Assembly: GCA_965249275.1 (NCBI GenBank)
Contig: CBDFLQ010000007.1
Location: 832,001-896,000, forward strand
Direction of reading: 5' to 3'
From: Dehalococcoidia bacterium
GTDB taxonomy: Bacteria; Chloroflexota; Dehalococcoidia; Plut-88900
Length of the DNA stretch: 64,000 nt
The notes under the pieces: model-generated
Seen by the model: only the letters and a program-made list of their open reading frames with translations
What the model was told of the DNA's origin: nothing
Databases searched by the model: none
Shown here: piece after piece, positions 18,908 to 29,250 of the stretch
How positions within the stretch are numbered: position 1 is the first letter of the stretch
Layout: the number at the start of each line of letters is the position of its first letter
Made by a program: the position numbers and the translations under genes

Positions 18908-21160
18908 TTGACATCAGCTAAAACTTTTCAACGAGACTTGGGCGGCCTACCCCTCTATTTAGGCACAGGAAAACTCGCAAATCAGGCCCATGGCGCGGTT
19001 ACCGTCGTATACGGCGATACCGTAGTCTTGGTAACTGCTTGCGTATCGGCGCAACCCCGACCTGGCATCGACTTCCTCCCTCTTACCATCGACCTTGAAG
19101 AACGGCACTACGCGGCCGGCAAGATTCCCGGCAGCTTCTTCAAAAGGGAAGGGAGACCGGGGGTCGATGCCATTCTCACGGGGCGAATGATCGATCGGCC
19201 ACTTAGGCCGCTTTTCCCCAAGGGATTACGCAACGACGTCCAGATAATCGCCACCGTGCTTTCGACAGACCGGGAGCACGAGCCCTCTATACCGGCGACA
19301 ATCGGGGCATCCGCGGCGCTTTCCATATCTGAGATACCGTTCGACGGGCCGATCGGCGGGTCCCGTGTGGGTTACATCGACGGGGAATTCGTGCTGAACC
19401 CCACTTACACTCAACTTCTTAAGAGCGATCTAGACCTGGTGGTCGTCGGGAATAAGGATGCGGTAGTGATGGTGGAGGCAGGCGTCAACGAGTTGCCCGA
19501 TGACCTGGTCTTGGAAGCCGTGAAGTTCGGGCAGGAAGCTAATCTAATAGTCATCGATCTGCAGGAAGAGATGGTCTCGGCCTGCGGTAAGACCAAGATG
19601 AAGTTGTCCGCGACAGCGGCTACTAACCCCGCACTTGAAAAGGCGGTGCTGGACCTGGTCGGCGAACGGCTGAGGTCGACCAGCAAGGTGGTTAGGCGTG
19701 AGGAGCGGGAGTCGGCGATAGAGGACCTGGAGAAGGAAGCTGCCTCCATACTGGCGGATAAGTTCCCCGGTGAGGCAGTGGGGGATGTCGTGCGGGCGCA
19801 GGTGAAGAAGATAGTCCGAACGAACATCCTGGACACGGGTACAAGGCCGGATGGCCGAGATCTGGAAGAGTTTCGCCACATCGAATGCGAGGTGGGGCTA
19901 CTTCCAAGGACTCACGGCAGCGGGCTATTCACCCGGGGCCAGACCCAGGTGCTATCGGTGACAACCCTTTCGTCCGCTGGCGATGCCCAGAAGATTGATA
20001 ATATCAGCCAGCACACCAGAAAACGGTTCATGCACCACTACAACTTCCCGCCCTACAGTGTGGGGGAGACGGGAAGGATAGGTTCGCCGGGACGCAGGGA
20101 GATAGGCCACGGAGCCTTGGCCGAGAAGTCGCTCATTCCAGTGATACCCAGTGAAGAGGACTTCCCCTACGCCATAAGACTGGTGTCGGAAGCCCTCAGC
20201 TCGAACGGCAGCACTTCGATGGCCAGCGTTTGTGGCAGCAGTCTGGCACTCATGGACGCAGGCGTGCCGATATCCCGTCCGGTGGCGGGTGTTGCCATGG
20301 GCCTGATCACCGATGAGAACGGCCGATACTCGGTGTTGACGGACATTGCGGGCATCGAGGACTTCATGGGAGACATGGACTTCAAGGTTGCCGGCACCTC
20401 AAAGGGGATGACGGGCTGGCAGATGGACCTGAAGATCAAAGGTCTCAGCTTCGAGATAATGGAGAAAGCCCTCAAACAGGCCGTCGCAGGCCGGATGCAC
20501 GTCCTGGACCTGATGAACAAAACGATCCAGCAGGCCCGTCCTGACCTCAGCGAGTACGCCCCGCGGATGACGAAAGTAACCATCGACAAAGAGAAGATCG
20601 GTCTGGTGATCGGGCCAGGTGGCAAGACCATAAGGTCGATCGTCGAGACTACTGGGGCGACCATAGACGTTGAGGACGACGGCACCGTGATAATCGGCTC
20701 GTCCAACGCTGAAGCTGCCAAACGGGCCGCGGATATGATACGGGGTTTGACCAGAGAGGTTGAGGTAGGGGAGCAGTACACCGGCAAAGTGGTGCGAATT
20801 ATGAACTTCGGGGCGTTCGTGGAGATTCTGCCGGGCAAGGACGGACTGGTGCACATCAGCGAACTGGCTGACTACCGGGTGGAGTCGGTGGAGGACGAAG
20901 TCAAAGTAGGTGATGAGATCTCGGTGCTGGTAACGGAGATTGACTCGATGGGGCGGATAAACCTGTCCCGGAGGGCCGTGTTGGAAGGCGGATCGGGACT
21001 CGGACCGGAAGATGGCCGATCTAATTCGGGAGACCGTAATTCCGGGTCGGGCGGGGGCTACAGGTCGGGGAACCGCGACAGAGGACCCCAAGACCGGCGT
21101 CCGCCACGTGGCGACAGGCCGCAGAGCAGATTTTCGGGGAACCGGGACCGGAGACGGTAG
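18908..21160 (+). CDS. pnp: Polyribonucleotide nucleotidyltransferase
   Basis: DFLPLT, GKIPGSFFKREGRP, HGSGLFTRGQTQ, RREIGHG, GDMDFKVAG, KH and S1 domains. Confidence 0.98.
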   Translation: MTSAKTFQRDLGGLPLYLGTGKLANQAHGAVTVVYGDTVVLVTACVSAQPRPGIDFLPLTIDLEERHYAAGKIPGSFFKREGRPGVDAILTGRMIDRPLRPLFPKGLRNDVQIIATVLSTDREHEPSIPATIGASAALSISEIPFDGPIGGSRVGYIDGEFVLNPTYTQLLKSDLDLVVVGNKDAVVMVEAGVNELPDDLVLEAVKFGQEANLIVIDLQEEMVSACGKTKMKLSATAATNPALEKAVLDLVGERLRSTSKVVRREERESAIEDLEKEAASILADKFPGEAVGDVVRAQVKKIVRTNILDTGTRPDGRDLEEFRHIECEVGLLPRTHGSGLFTRGQTQVLSVTTLSSAGDAQKIDNISQHTRKRFMHHYNFPPYSVGETGRIGSPGRREIGHGALAEKSLIPVIPSEEDFPYAIRLVSEALSSNGSTSMASVCGSSLALMDAGVPISRPVAGVAMGLITDENGRYSVLTDIAGIEDFMGDMDFKVAGTSKGMTGWQMDLKIKGLSFEIMEKALKQAVAGRMHVLDLMNKTIQQARPDLSEYAPRMTKVTIDKEKIGLVIGPGGKTIRSIVETTGATIDVEDDGTVIIGSSNAEAAKRAADMIRGLTREVEVGEQYTGKVVRIMNFGAFVEILPGKDGLVHISELADYRVESVEDEVKVGDEISVLVTEIDSMGRINLSRRAVLEGGSGLGPEDGRSNSGDRNSGSGGGYRSGNRDRGPQDRRPPRGDRPQSRFSGNRDRRR

Positions 21161-21192
21161 CACGGCAACCCTGAGACCAGGGAGGAAACGCC

Positions 21193-21993
21193 GTGGCAAT
21201 TCTCAAAGTAGCTGTTCAAGGGGCAACCGGTCGCGTAGGCACGGAGATACTCTCCGCAGTATGCAACCATCCAGCGATGCGCGTGGAGGGTGCAGTCTCC
21301 CTGGACGCCGACGGCTCGCCCTTATCGCTTCCAGATAACTCGGGGACTGTGCCCCACACTCTGGACTTTCCATCCCTTCTTCAACACGTCAAGCCCGACG
21401 TAGTGGTGGACTTTAGCCAGACTGAGGGTGCCCTCGCGACGGCACGATATGCCATAGAGAACGGTGTGCACGTTGTGATAGGAACCTCCGGGTTGACGGG
21501 GGAGCAAGTGTCGGAGCTGGACGCGCTGTGCCAACAGCATGGGGTGGGTGGGGTGATAGCGCCGAATTTCGCCCTGGGGGCGGTTCTGATGATCCACATG
21601 TCCAAGATTGCGAGCAAGTACTTCGACTACGCAGAGGTCATCGAGCGACACCACGAGACAAAGATAGACGCTCCATCGGGCACGGCGCTGGCGACTGCCG
21701 AAGATATGGTGAAGGCCAAGGGCAAACCGTTCAAACTTTCGGTAACCGAGAAAGTTAACCTGGCCGGGTCCCGAGGCGCGGAGGTCGGTGGAGTGGCAGT
21801 GCACAGTCTGAGGCCACAGGGCTCGGTAGCTCACCAAGAGGTGATATTCGGGGGTCTGGGCCAGACCCTAACCATTCGACACGACACCTCTGGCAGGCTT
21901 TGCTACATGCCAGGTGTGCTCATGGCGCTGGAGGCTGCGCCCAAGCGAGTAGGGATAGTCTTCGGACTCGACGCCCTTCTGGGTCTTGACTAA
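21193..21993 (+). CDS. dapB: 4-hydroxy-tetrahydrodipicolinate reductase
   Basis: GATGRVG, VIGTSG, APNFALG, ERHHETKIDAPSGTA. Confidence 0.96.
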   Translation: MAILKVAVQGATGRVGTEILSAVCNHPAMRVEGAVSLDADGSPLSLPDNSGTVPHTLDFPSLLQHVKPDVVVDFSQTEGALATARYAIENGVHVVIGTSGLTGEQVSELDALCQQHGVGGVIAPNFALGAVLMIHMSKIASKYFDYAEVIERHHETKIDAPSGTALATAEDMVKAKGKPFKLSVTEKVNLAGSRGAEVGGVAVHSLRPQGSVAHQEVIFGGLGQTLTIRHDTSGRLCYMPGVLMALEAAPKRVGIVFGLDALLGLD

Positions 21994-22063
21994 ATCCTGC
22001 CAGGTTCTATTATTCCACCCTATAGATATACGCGCGCCTCGCGCTGAGGCCTGAGATATAGAT

Positions 22064-23128
22064 ATGTCAAGAGAAGCTAGCGTAGCAATAGCCGGCGCCA
22101 CAGGCCTGGTGGGCCGGCAGTTCATCAGCATTCTGGAGGAACGGAATTTCCCGATGTCCTCCATCCGCTTGCTGGCCTCGGAGCGGTCCGAAGGCAAGAT
22201 AATGCGGGTCAACGGCGATAAGGTGGAAGTGGAGCGACTGCACGAAGGTTCATTCGAAGGGGTGGACATCGTGTTGTTTTCCGCGGGGTCGGGAGTGAGC
22301 CGCAAGTATTCCCCGATAGCGGCGGAATGCGGTGCGATAGTGGTGGACAACAGCAAGGCTTTCAGGATGGAAGAGACCGTCCCCTTAGTAGTCCCCGAGG
22401 TAAACGGCAGTGACGCCCTTCAGCACCAGGGAATCATCGCCAACCCCAACTGCTCGACGATTCAGTTAGTCGTGGCTCTGAACCCGATCCACCAGGTAAA
22501 CCCGATCAAGAGGGTCATCGTAGACACCTATCAATCGGTGTCGGGAGCCGGGGAGGCCGGGGTACGGGAGTTGGAGGAGCAAGCGAAAGCAGCTGTGTCG
22601 GGCGGGGAGGCCAAGGCCGAGAAGATGCCCCACCCGATAGCGTTCAACGTGATACCGGAAATCGACACACTGCTGGACAACGGATATTTCAACGAAGAGT
22701 GGAAGATAGTGCAGGAGACCCGCAAGATAATGCACGCTCCTGAGATGGCGATATCGGCGACGGCGGTGCGGGTGCCCGTTTACGTGAGCCATAGCGAGGC
22801 CGTACACCTGGAACTCACAGAACCCATGAGCCCGGACGAGGTAAGAGAAATCCTTGCCCGTGCCCCGGGCGTCACAGTGATAGACAACCCTGCAGCAAGC
22901 CAGTATCCGCTTCCTGCCTCAGCGGCAGGAACCGACGACGTCTACGTTGGCCGGATCAGAAAAGATGTATCCCACCCTAACGGTATTGCCATGTGGGTGG
23001 TGGCAGACAACGTTCGCAAGGGCGCGGCTTTGAATACGGTGCAGATTGCCGAGATACTGGTCTCGGGGGGAGAGAATGGGTCTGTAGCATCTGGTCTCGT
23101 TCCAGTTGGCCGAGCCACGTCCCTCTAG
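22064..23128 (+). CDS. asd: Aspartate-semialdehyde dehydrogenase
   Basis: GATGLVG, ANPNCSTIQ, YQSVSGAG, DNVRKGAALN. Confidence 0.97.
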   Translation: MSREASVAIAGATGLVGRQFISILEERNFPMSSIRLLASERSEGKIMRVNGDKVEVERLHEGSFEGVDIVLFSAGSGVSRKYSPIAAECGAIVVDNSKAFRMEETVPLVVPEVNGSDALQHQGIIANPNCSTIQLVVALNPIHQVNPIKRVIVDTYQSVSGAGEAGVRELEEQAKAAVSGGEAKAEKMPHPIAFNVIPEIDTLLDNGYFNEEWKIVQETRKIMHAPEMAISATAVRVPVYVSHSEAVHLELTEPMSPDEVREILARAPGVTVIDNPAASQYPLPASAAGTDDVYVGRIRKDVSHPNGIAMWVVADNVRKGAALNTVQIAEILVSGGENGSVASGLVPVGRATSL

Positions 23129-23237
23129 TAATCGAAGTTGATATGCCGCCCTCTGCGAACCAGGCACGGGCGGCATAGTGCATAATGGAGGCCGTAAGGC
23201 CTGCTAGTGACCGCAACGTAGCGAAGGGAGGGAAAAG

Positions 23238-24140
23238 ATGGTGGAGATAGGAAGACTGCTCACCGCTATGGTGACCCCATTTGATAAATCCGGGGAGGTC
23301 GACTACGACGCGGCGAAACGCTTGGCCTCGGCCCTAATCGACTCAGGCAGTGACGGCTTGGTGGTCACGGGAACAACCGGGGAATCGCCGACACTTACGT
23401 CGGAGGAGAAGATCCAGCTCTGGGCGGAGGTGAAGGCGGAGATTGGCGACCGGGGATCGGTGATAGCAGGGTCGGGCAGCTACTGCACCGCCGAATCGGC
23501 GGAGCTTACCCGAGAAGCGGAGAAGGTGGGAGCGGATGGTGCGCTTCTGGTAGTGCCTTACTACAACAAACCCCCGCAGGACGGGCTGTACGAGCACTTT
23601 GCCTATATAGCGAGAAGTACGTCGCTCCCTTGTATCATCTACAACGTGCCGAGCCGCACGGTGACGAACATCCAGGCCGACACGGTGGTCAAGCTCAGCG
23701 AGATCGACAACATAGTCGGCATTAAAGAAGCCAGCGCCGACTTCGAACAGATAACGAAGATAATTTCGGGGGTCGGGCCCGCATTCAAGGTGTGGAGCGG
23801 GAACGACGGCGACACCCTGCCGATCATGGCGCTGGGTGGATACGGCGTTGTGAGCGTTTTGTCCCATCTGGTTGGGGTTCAGATCAAAAAGATGATTGAC
23901 AGCTTCGTAGACGGCGGCAATGAAGTAGCCGCAGGGATTCACGGCAGGCTTCTGCCCCTGGTGAACAGCATGTTCGTCGTATCCAACCCGATCCCGCTAA
24001 AGTATGCGATGCGAATGATCGGGTTTGACGTCGGGGGGACGAGGCTGCCTTTGATCGGGCCGGACGAAGCCACGGGGGCCAAGATCATGGCCGAGGTGGT
24101 GAAGCACACCATGGACTTGCCCATTCCGGCAAAAGTCTAA
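23238..24140 (+). CDS. dapA: 4-hydroxy-tetrahydrodipicolinate synthase
   Basis: GTTGESPTL, PYYNKP, YNVPSRT, GIKEAS. Confidence 0.97.
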   Translation: MVEIGRLLTAMVTPFDKSGEVDYDAAKRLASALIDSGSDGLVVTGTTGESPTLTSEEKIQLWAEVKAEIGDRGSVIAGSGSYCTAESAELTREAEKVGADGALLVVPYYNKPPQDGLYEHFAYIARSTSLPCIIYNVPSRTVTNIQADTVVKLSEIDNIVGIKEASADFEQITKIISGVGPAFKVWSGNDGDTLPIMALGGYGVVSVLSHLVGVQIKKMIDSFVDGGNEVAAGIHGRLLPLVNSMFVVSNPIPLKYAMRMIGFDVGGTRLPLIGPDEATGAKIMAEVVKHTMDLPIPAKV

Positions 24141-24162
24141 GCAAAAGGATAGATAAAGCACC

Positions 24163-24189
24163 GAAGGGGTCGGCAATGCCGACCCCTTC
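24163..24189. terminator. Hairpin (probable terminator) between convergent dapA and purA
   Basis: Perfect 12-bp stem GAAGGGGTCGGC-AAT-GCCGACCCCTTC. Confidence 0.7.
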
Positions 24190-24221
24190 ATCGTTTTCGG
24201 AATGTTGGAGTAGATGTTGGG

Positions 24222-25514
24222 TCAGGGAAGAGGGCGGAGGAAGATGGACTCCTCGCGGCGGGGCCCCACGGCAATCAGATCGATGGGCGCGGAGATTAGT
24301 TCCTGGATACGCTCCACGTATTGGCGTGCTTGCGGGGGCAAGTCCTCAAAGCTGCGTGCTTCTCGGGTGGAGGTGAGCCAACCTGGGAGCTCTTCGTATA
24401 CAGGCTGACACTTGGCCAGGGCTGCGGCGCTGGCTGGTGGGTCGGTGAGCACGGAGCCGTTAAGCCGGTAGCCGGTGCAAATCTTAAGAGTCTCCATTTC
24501 ATCTAGGACGTCCAAACGGGTCAGGGCGACTGAGGTGTAGCCGTTTATCATGGAAGAATAGCGGCCCAGAACGGCGTCAAACCATCCGCATCGCCGAGGG
24601 CGGCCGGTGGTAGTGCCGTACTCGACGGCCTTCTCGCGAATGTGATGGCCGATCTCATCGAGGAGCTCGGTAGGGAAGGGTCCGGTCCCCACCCGAGTCG
24701 AGTAGCTCTTATAAACGCCAATCACAGAGCCAACCATTCTCGGGCTCAGTCCAGCGCCTTGGGCAGACCCCGCAGCTATGGGCGCCGACGAGGTGACGAA
24801 GGGATAGGTCCCGAAGTCGGGGTCCAGCAGGGCACCCTGGGCACCCTCCATGATGACGAGAGCGTCTTCCTCTGCGGCTTTGCGGATTGCGATCTCGGTC
24901 TGTCCTATAAAAGGCCGAAGTCTTTCGCCGTATTCACGATATTCTTCGAAGATGTCTTCAAGGGACAGGGGATCGACACCGTAGAGCTTGGTGAGCAGGG
25001 TATTCTTGTAATTGAGGGCTTCTTCCAAGCGTTCGCGGAAGGGGTCGGGGTCCAGGAGTTCCCCGACACGGATTCCGAGTCGGCCGGTCTTGTCCATGTA
25101 AGCTGGGCCAATGCCCTTTTTGGTAGTGCCAATGGCCTTTGCCCCTCGGGCCGCTTCCTCCAACTCGTCTAGAAGGATGTGGTAGGGCATGATGAGGTGG
25201 GCGCGGTCGCTAATAAGGAGACGCTTGCCCGGCGTTAGGTCTACGCGATGGTCTTCCAGGTCTTTGATTTCTGAGAGAAGAGCCGGAGGGTGGATTACGA
25301 CGCCGTTGGCAAGCACGCAGGTGGCCTTCGGGTTAAATACACCTGCGGGAACCATGTGGAGTTTGAACTCCCCATAGGCGTTCATAACGGTGTGGCCGGC
25401 GTTGTTACCGCCACCATACCTGACTATAAAGTCGGCATCCTCAGAGAGGAGATCGACGATTTTACCTTTGCCTTCGTCGCCCCATTGGGCGCCGACAATT
25501 GCTACTACTGGCAC
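24222..25514 (-). CDS. purA: Adenylosuccinate synthetase
   Basis: GAQWGDEGKGK, GGNNAGHT, GTTKKGIGP, GTTTGRPRRCGW. GTG start at 25514. Confidence 0.98.
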   Translation of the reverse strand: MPVVAIVGAQWGDEGKGKIVDLLSEDADFIVRYGGGNNAGHTVMNAYGEFKLHMVPAGVFNPKATCVLANGVVIHPPALLSEIKDLEDHRVDLTPGKRLLISDRAHLIMPYHILLDELEEAARGAKAIGTTKKGIGPAYMDKTGRLGIRVGELLDPDPFRERLEEALNYKNTLLTKLYGVDPLSLEDIFEEYREYGERLRPFIGQTEIAIRKAAEEDALVIMEGAQGALLDPDFGTYPFVTSSAPIAAGSAQGAGLSPRMVGSVIGVYKSYSTRVGTGPFPTELLDEIGHHIREKAVEYGTTTGRPRRCGWFDAVLGRYSSMINGYTSVALTRLDVLDEMETLKICTGYRLNGSVLTDPPASAAALAKCQPVYEELPGWLTSTREARSFEDLPPQARQYVERIQELISAPIDLIAVGPRREESIFLRPLP

Positions 25515-25665
25515 CTTAGGTCCTTTCGTATTCGGTCTCGGGTCCGGGCCGTCGGGGAGTATAACACGGGTGCGCCCCTCCCCCCACCCCAGCACACGAT
25601 TTTAAGCATTAGAGGGTGCTACGCGTTGCTTGAAATTGCGAACCCATATAGCTTTTTAATGTAGC

Positions 25666-25693
25666 TTGACAGGCAAAGAAGGCTAGTTATACT
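25666..25693 (+). promoter_or_regulatory. Candidate promoter for the NEW3/ABC operon
   Basis: TTGACA-16-TATACT. Confidence 0.6.
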
Positions 25694-25914
25694 CAATAGT
25701 GACTGGACCGCAAAGTCGATTTCGAGCCGAAGACTCACAATCTGGCGCTTCTTAAGTCAAAAATCAACAAATAAAGCCGTAACTATTAGCGCGCTAAAAC
25801 GTTATAGGGACGTGAGTGGTGTTGAAGTAGCGTTGACATACAGCTTAAATAATACTCGGACACTTGGGATGGGTGGCGGTTGTCTTGATTGGTGGGGTCT
25901 TAGTAGGAGGGACC

Positions 25915-27141
25915 ATGCTCTCTAGGTATTTGTTTACATCAGTCCTGTTGATAATTCTGGCCCTGACGCTTGCGCTGCCCTCGGCGGCGTTAGCGCAGGA
26001 TGCGGAAGAGGAGGTAGAGCCGTGCCCTGCAGGGATCACCCTGGAGCTCCCGGCAACGGGTATCAGCCTTGAGGCTATAACCACCACAGCAAACCTGGAC
26101 ACCGTGTTGTGCAACGGCACAGACGGACCAATGCTTGTCAACTTGGAAGCTAGCGGGATGCCGGCAGACTGGACCGCTAAATTCAGGCCCAGGGTCGGGA
26201 GCTTTCTCATAACGAGCATTTTGCTGGACGCAGGACAGCGTACGGACTTGCAGCTGAGGATCCGTGGCCCGAGAGACCAGAGCGCCGCAGACTTTACACT
26301 AACTATGCAGGCTACTTCGGGGTCTGGGGATGTCCTGGTAGAGAAAACGCTGAGAGTACAGAGAGTGGAGGGCGAACCTGCAGACCCGGGGCAGGTCACG
26401 GTAACGGCCAGCTACCCCTTCCTGAGCGGGCCGACTTCCACCCTCTTCGAGTTTGAGATGGCTGTTGTGAACAATACACCCGAGGACGTATCTCTCAACC
26501 TGGGCGCATTGTTCCCGCAGGGGTGGACAGTGCAGTTCCTCCCGGCATTCGGGGCGGAGAGATTGATAACTAACGTAAGCATAGTGGCACAGCTGAACCA
26601 GCGGATTAAGGTGCGGGTATTCCCCCCGGCGCTGGCACCGGCGGGAGATTACCCGATTCTGGTCCGGATGTCGGATGAGGAGGAGATCTACGTTAAGGAG
26701 GTGCCCCTGCAGGTGACTCTCACCGGCGCCTTCGACGTTTTCATGACCACTCCCGACGGACGGCTGAACGTGAACGCAGATGCAGGCAGCGCACAAGCGG
26801 CGACGGTGCGCATGGTGAACACCGGCACCGCTGACATCGAGAATCTGCGGCTGATCGCAGACACCCCCGCCGGCTGGGAAATCGAGTACCAGACTGCGAA
26901 CGTGGAGTCGCTGCCCGTAAACAACCGGATCGACGTGCCGTTGACCATCACGCCCCCGGGCGACGCGGTTCCCGGTGACTACCTGGTCACCCTGCGAGCT
27001 CGCAACAACGACGTGCAGGACCAGGTCTCGTTGAGAATAACGGTTGAGAAGTCGACGATCTGGCAGTGGGTTGGAATTGGCATACTGGTTGCGGTAGTCA
27101 TAGCCCTGGTTGGAATGTTCGTGCGGCTGGGCAGGCGATGA
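25915..27141 (+). CDS. Secreted, membrane-anchored NEW3/Ig-like repeat protein associated with an ABC transporter
   Basis: Signal peptide (ALA-QD), three repeats with PxGW...AGDY motifs, C-terminal TM ending GRR. SD GGAGG before ATG 25915. Confidence 0.8.
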   Translation: MLSRYLFTSVLLIILALTLALPSAALAQDAEEEVEPCPAGITLELPATGISLEAITTTANLDTVLCNGTDGPMLVNLEASGMPADWTAKFRPRVGSFLITSILLDAGQRTDLQLRIRGPRDQSAADFTLTMQATSGSGDVLVEKTLRVQRVEGEPADPGQVTVTASYPFLSGPTSTLFEFEMAVVNNTPEDVSLNLGALFPQGWTVQFLPAFGAERLITNVSIVAQLNQRIKVRVFPPALAPAGDYPILVRMSDEEEIYVKEVPLQVTLTGAFDVFMTTPDGRLNVNADAGSAQAATVRMVNTGTADIENLRLIADTPAGWEIEYQTANVESLPVNNRIDVPLTITPPGDAVPGDYLVTLRARNNDVQDQVSLRITVEKSTIWQWVGIGILVAVVIALVGMFVRLGRR

Positions 27142-28067
27142 GCGGACCGATAATCGAGACCGAAGGACTGACCAAGAAGTACGGAAACTTCACCGCCGTC
27201 GACAGCCTGGACTTGAGGCTGGAAGAGGGAGAAGTCTTCGGCTTCCTGGGGCCTAACGGGTCCGGGAAGAGCACGACGATACTGATGATCCTCGGGCTTA
27301 CGGAGCCGACGGAAGGGTGGGCACGAGTGTCGGGATTCGACCCGACTCGTAACCCGCTGGCCGTGAAGAGGAACATAGGGTATCTGCCGGAGTCGATAGG
27401 GTTCTACAACGACCTGTCCGGCCGGGAGAATTTGCAGTACACGGCGCGTCTGAACAGCATGCCGCGGGAAGACAGCGACCGGCGCATAGATGACTTACTC
27501 GAGCAGGTTGAACTGTCGGCGGCGCCCAGCCAGCCGGTGGGCCAATACTCGAGGGGAATGCGGCAGCGGCTGGGGTTGGCCGACGTCCTGCTTAAGCAGC
27601 CTCAGCTGGTGATTCTGGACGACCCCACACTGGGCCTGGACCCGGCCGGAGTCAACTGGTTATTACAGCTGATCAAAGAGATGAGCGACGAGCAGGGGAT
27701 AACCGTGTTCATATCCTCCCACCGCCTCCATGAAGTGCAGCGGATATGCAACCGAGTCGGGATAATGTCCCACGGGAAGATGGTACTGGAGGGGCCGGTT
27801 GACGAACTGATGAACCGGCAAGAGGAAGGTTATCAACTCGATCTGGAAGTGGACAAAGTGACGCCACAGTTGTTGGAAGCGTTACGGGGATTACCGACGG
27901 TAGAACGGTGCGAGGCGCTGGGTAACATGATTACGGTGTCATCCAAAGAACAGGTTCGAATACAGGCCCTATCCGTGGTGCAGGCTCAGAATGTGGACCT
28001 GCTCCAGTTGCAGACCCGCAATCGGAGTCTGGAAGAAATCTACCTGAGGTATTTCCAGGAGGTCTAG
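27138..28067 (+). CDS. ABC transporter ATP-binding protein (ABC-2 type)
   Basis: GPNGSGKST, YSRGMRQR, ILDDPT. ATGA overlap with the upstream gene. Confidence 0.93.
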   Translation: MSGPIIETEGLTKKYGNFTAVDSLDLRLEEGEVFGFLGPNGSGKSTTILMILGLTEPTEGWARVSGFDPTRNPLAVKRNIGYLPESIGFYNDLSGRENLQYTARLNSMPREDSDRRIDDLLEQVELSAAPSQPVGQYSRGMRQRLGLADVLLKQPQLVILDDPTLGLDPAGVNWLLQLIKEMSDEQGITVFISSHRLHEVQRICNRVGIMSHGKMVLEGPVDELMNRQEEGYQLDLEVDKVTPQLLEALRGLPTVERCEALGNMITVSSKEQVRIQALSVVQAQNVDLLQLQTRNRSLEEIYLRYFQEV

Positions 28068-28068
28068 C

Positions 28069-28989
28069 ATGATAGCTATCTTCTGGAAAGAGATGGCCGA
28101 TCACTTCGGCAGGAGGAGATTCGTCTTCCTGTTGGCTTTGGTATTCCTTGCGATAATCTGGGCCCTTTCAGTGATATTCGGGACGGTGGAAAAAGCGGCT
28201 AGCAGCCGGGAAGAGTTCCTGTTCCTGAGGGTCTTCTCATCGAGCAGCGACGTACTCCCGTCACTACTCTTCTTCATCAGCTTCTTCGGGCCACTGGCAG
28301 GGATAATCCTGGGGTTCGACAGCATCAATAGCGAACGGTCCCAAGGCACATTGGCCAGGATCCTGTCCCAGCCCGTGCACCGGGATGAGGTGTACAACGG
28401 AAAGTTTTTGGCAGGACTTACCACCTTAGCCGTTATTCAAGTATCGACGATACTGGCGATTGTCGGGGCTACGATGGCTTCCCTGGGGATAGTCCCGGAC
28501 GGCGAAGAGATAGTCCGCTTAATAGGGTTCGCCATCGTTTCGATAGCGTACCTGGGCCTATGGCTCGCAGTCTCAATGTCGTGCTCGATATTCTTCAGGA
28601 GCACGGTAGTCTCAGCCATGGTAGCGATAGGGCTGTGGCTGCTTTCGACATTCTTCCTGATTCTGGTTGCGGGAGCAATAGCAGACTTCTTCGTCGGGGA
28701 GGTGGATAGCCAGGAATTGGCTATTGAACACTTCAACCTGGAAACGTGGATATCGCGTATTTCTCCATCGTTCCTGTTTTCGGAGGCGTCGGACACGTTG
28801 CTAAACCCGACAGTCCGGAGCCTTGGGGTGTTACTGCAGGACCAGACATCGGGTCTGCTGAGCAGCCCGATATCGGCCGTACAGAGCTTACGGCTGGTGT
28901 GGCCGCACATCGTGGCTATGATATCGGCGGTGGTGGTGTTCCTGGCAGTCTCGTACACGAAGTTCATGCGTGAGGAAATAAGGTCGTAA
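28069..28989 (+). CDS. ABC-2 type transporter permease
   Basis: GFDSINSERSQGTLARILSQPV motif; multiple TM segments. Confidence 0.9.
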   Translation: MIAIFWKEMADHFGRRRFVFLLALVFLAIIWALSVIFGTVEKAASSREEFLFLRVFSSSSDVLPSLLFFISFFGPLAGIILGFDSINSERSQGTLARILSQPVHRDEVYNGKFLAGLTTLAVIQVSTILAIVGATMASLGIVPDGEEIVRLIGFAIVSIAYLGLWLAVSMSCSIFFRSTVVSAMVAIGLWLLSTFFLILVAGAIADFFVGEVDSQELAIEHFNLETWISRISPSFLFSEASDTLLNPTVRSLGVLLQDQTSGLLSSPISAVQSLRLVWPHIVAMISAVVVFLAVSYTKFMREEIRS

Positions 28990-29034
28990 CGCACCTGGGG
29001 ACTAGCATATTCTCCCCTTCGGCCTTTTGAAATG

Positions 29035-29075
29035 AAGCATCGGGCGGTTGGCTAAGCCAACCGCCCGATGCTTTT
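29035..29075 (+). terminator. Intrinsic terminator after the ABC operon
   Basis: Perfect 18-bp stem AAGCATCGGGCGGTTGGC-TAA-GCCAACCGCCCGATGCTT followed by T residues. Confidence 0.8.
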
Positions 29076-29250
29076 ACTCACACTCTCCGAGACTCAGGTG
29101 ACCCCCCGTGGGCAAAATTGCCCGTATACTTTCCAACTGTTGTCAGTACGCTGGCCAGTCTCTACAGTAGTCGCAGAAATAATCGGAGTCGGATAAGAGA
29201 CAGGAATATCAGAGCGGAGGTCGGCCGTCTTAGGATCTGTACGACAGACT

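Noticed and set aside
21000-21160. Low-complexity G/R/D-rich tail of PNPase
   Set aside because: A common disordered C-terminal extension, not a DNA repeat.
23132-23237. Possible lysine riboswitch before dapA
   Set aside because: The region is too short and shows only a simple hairpin (TATGCCGCCC...GGGCGGCATA), with no L-box consensus.
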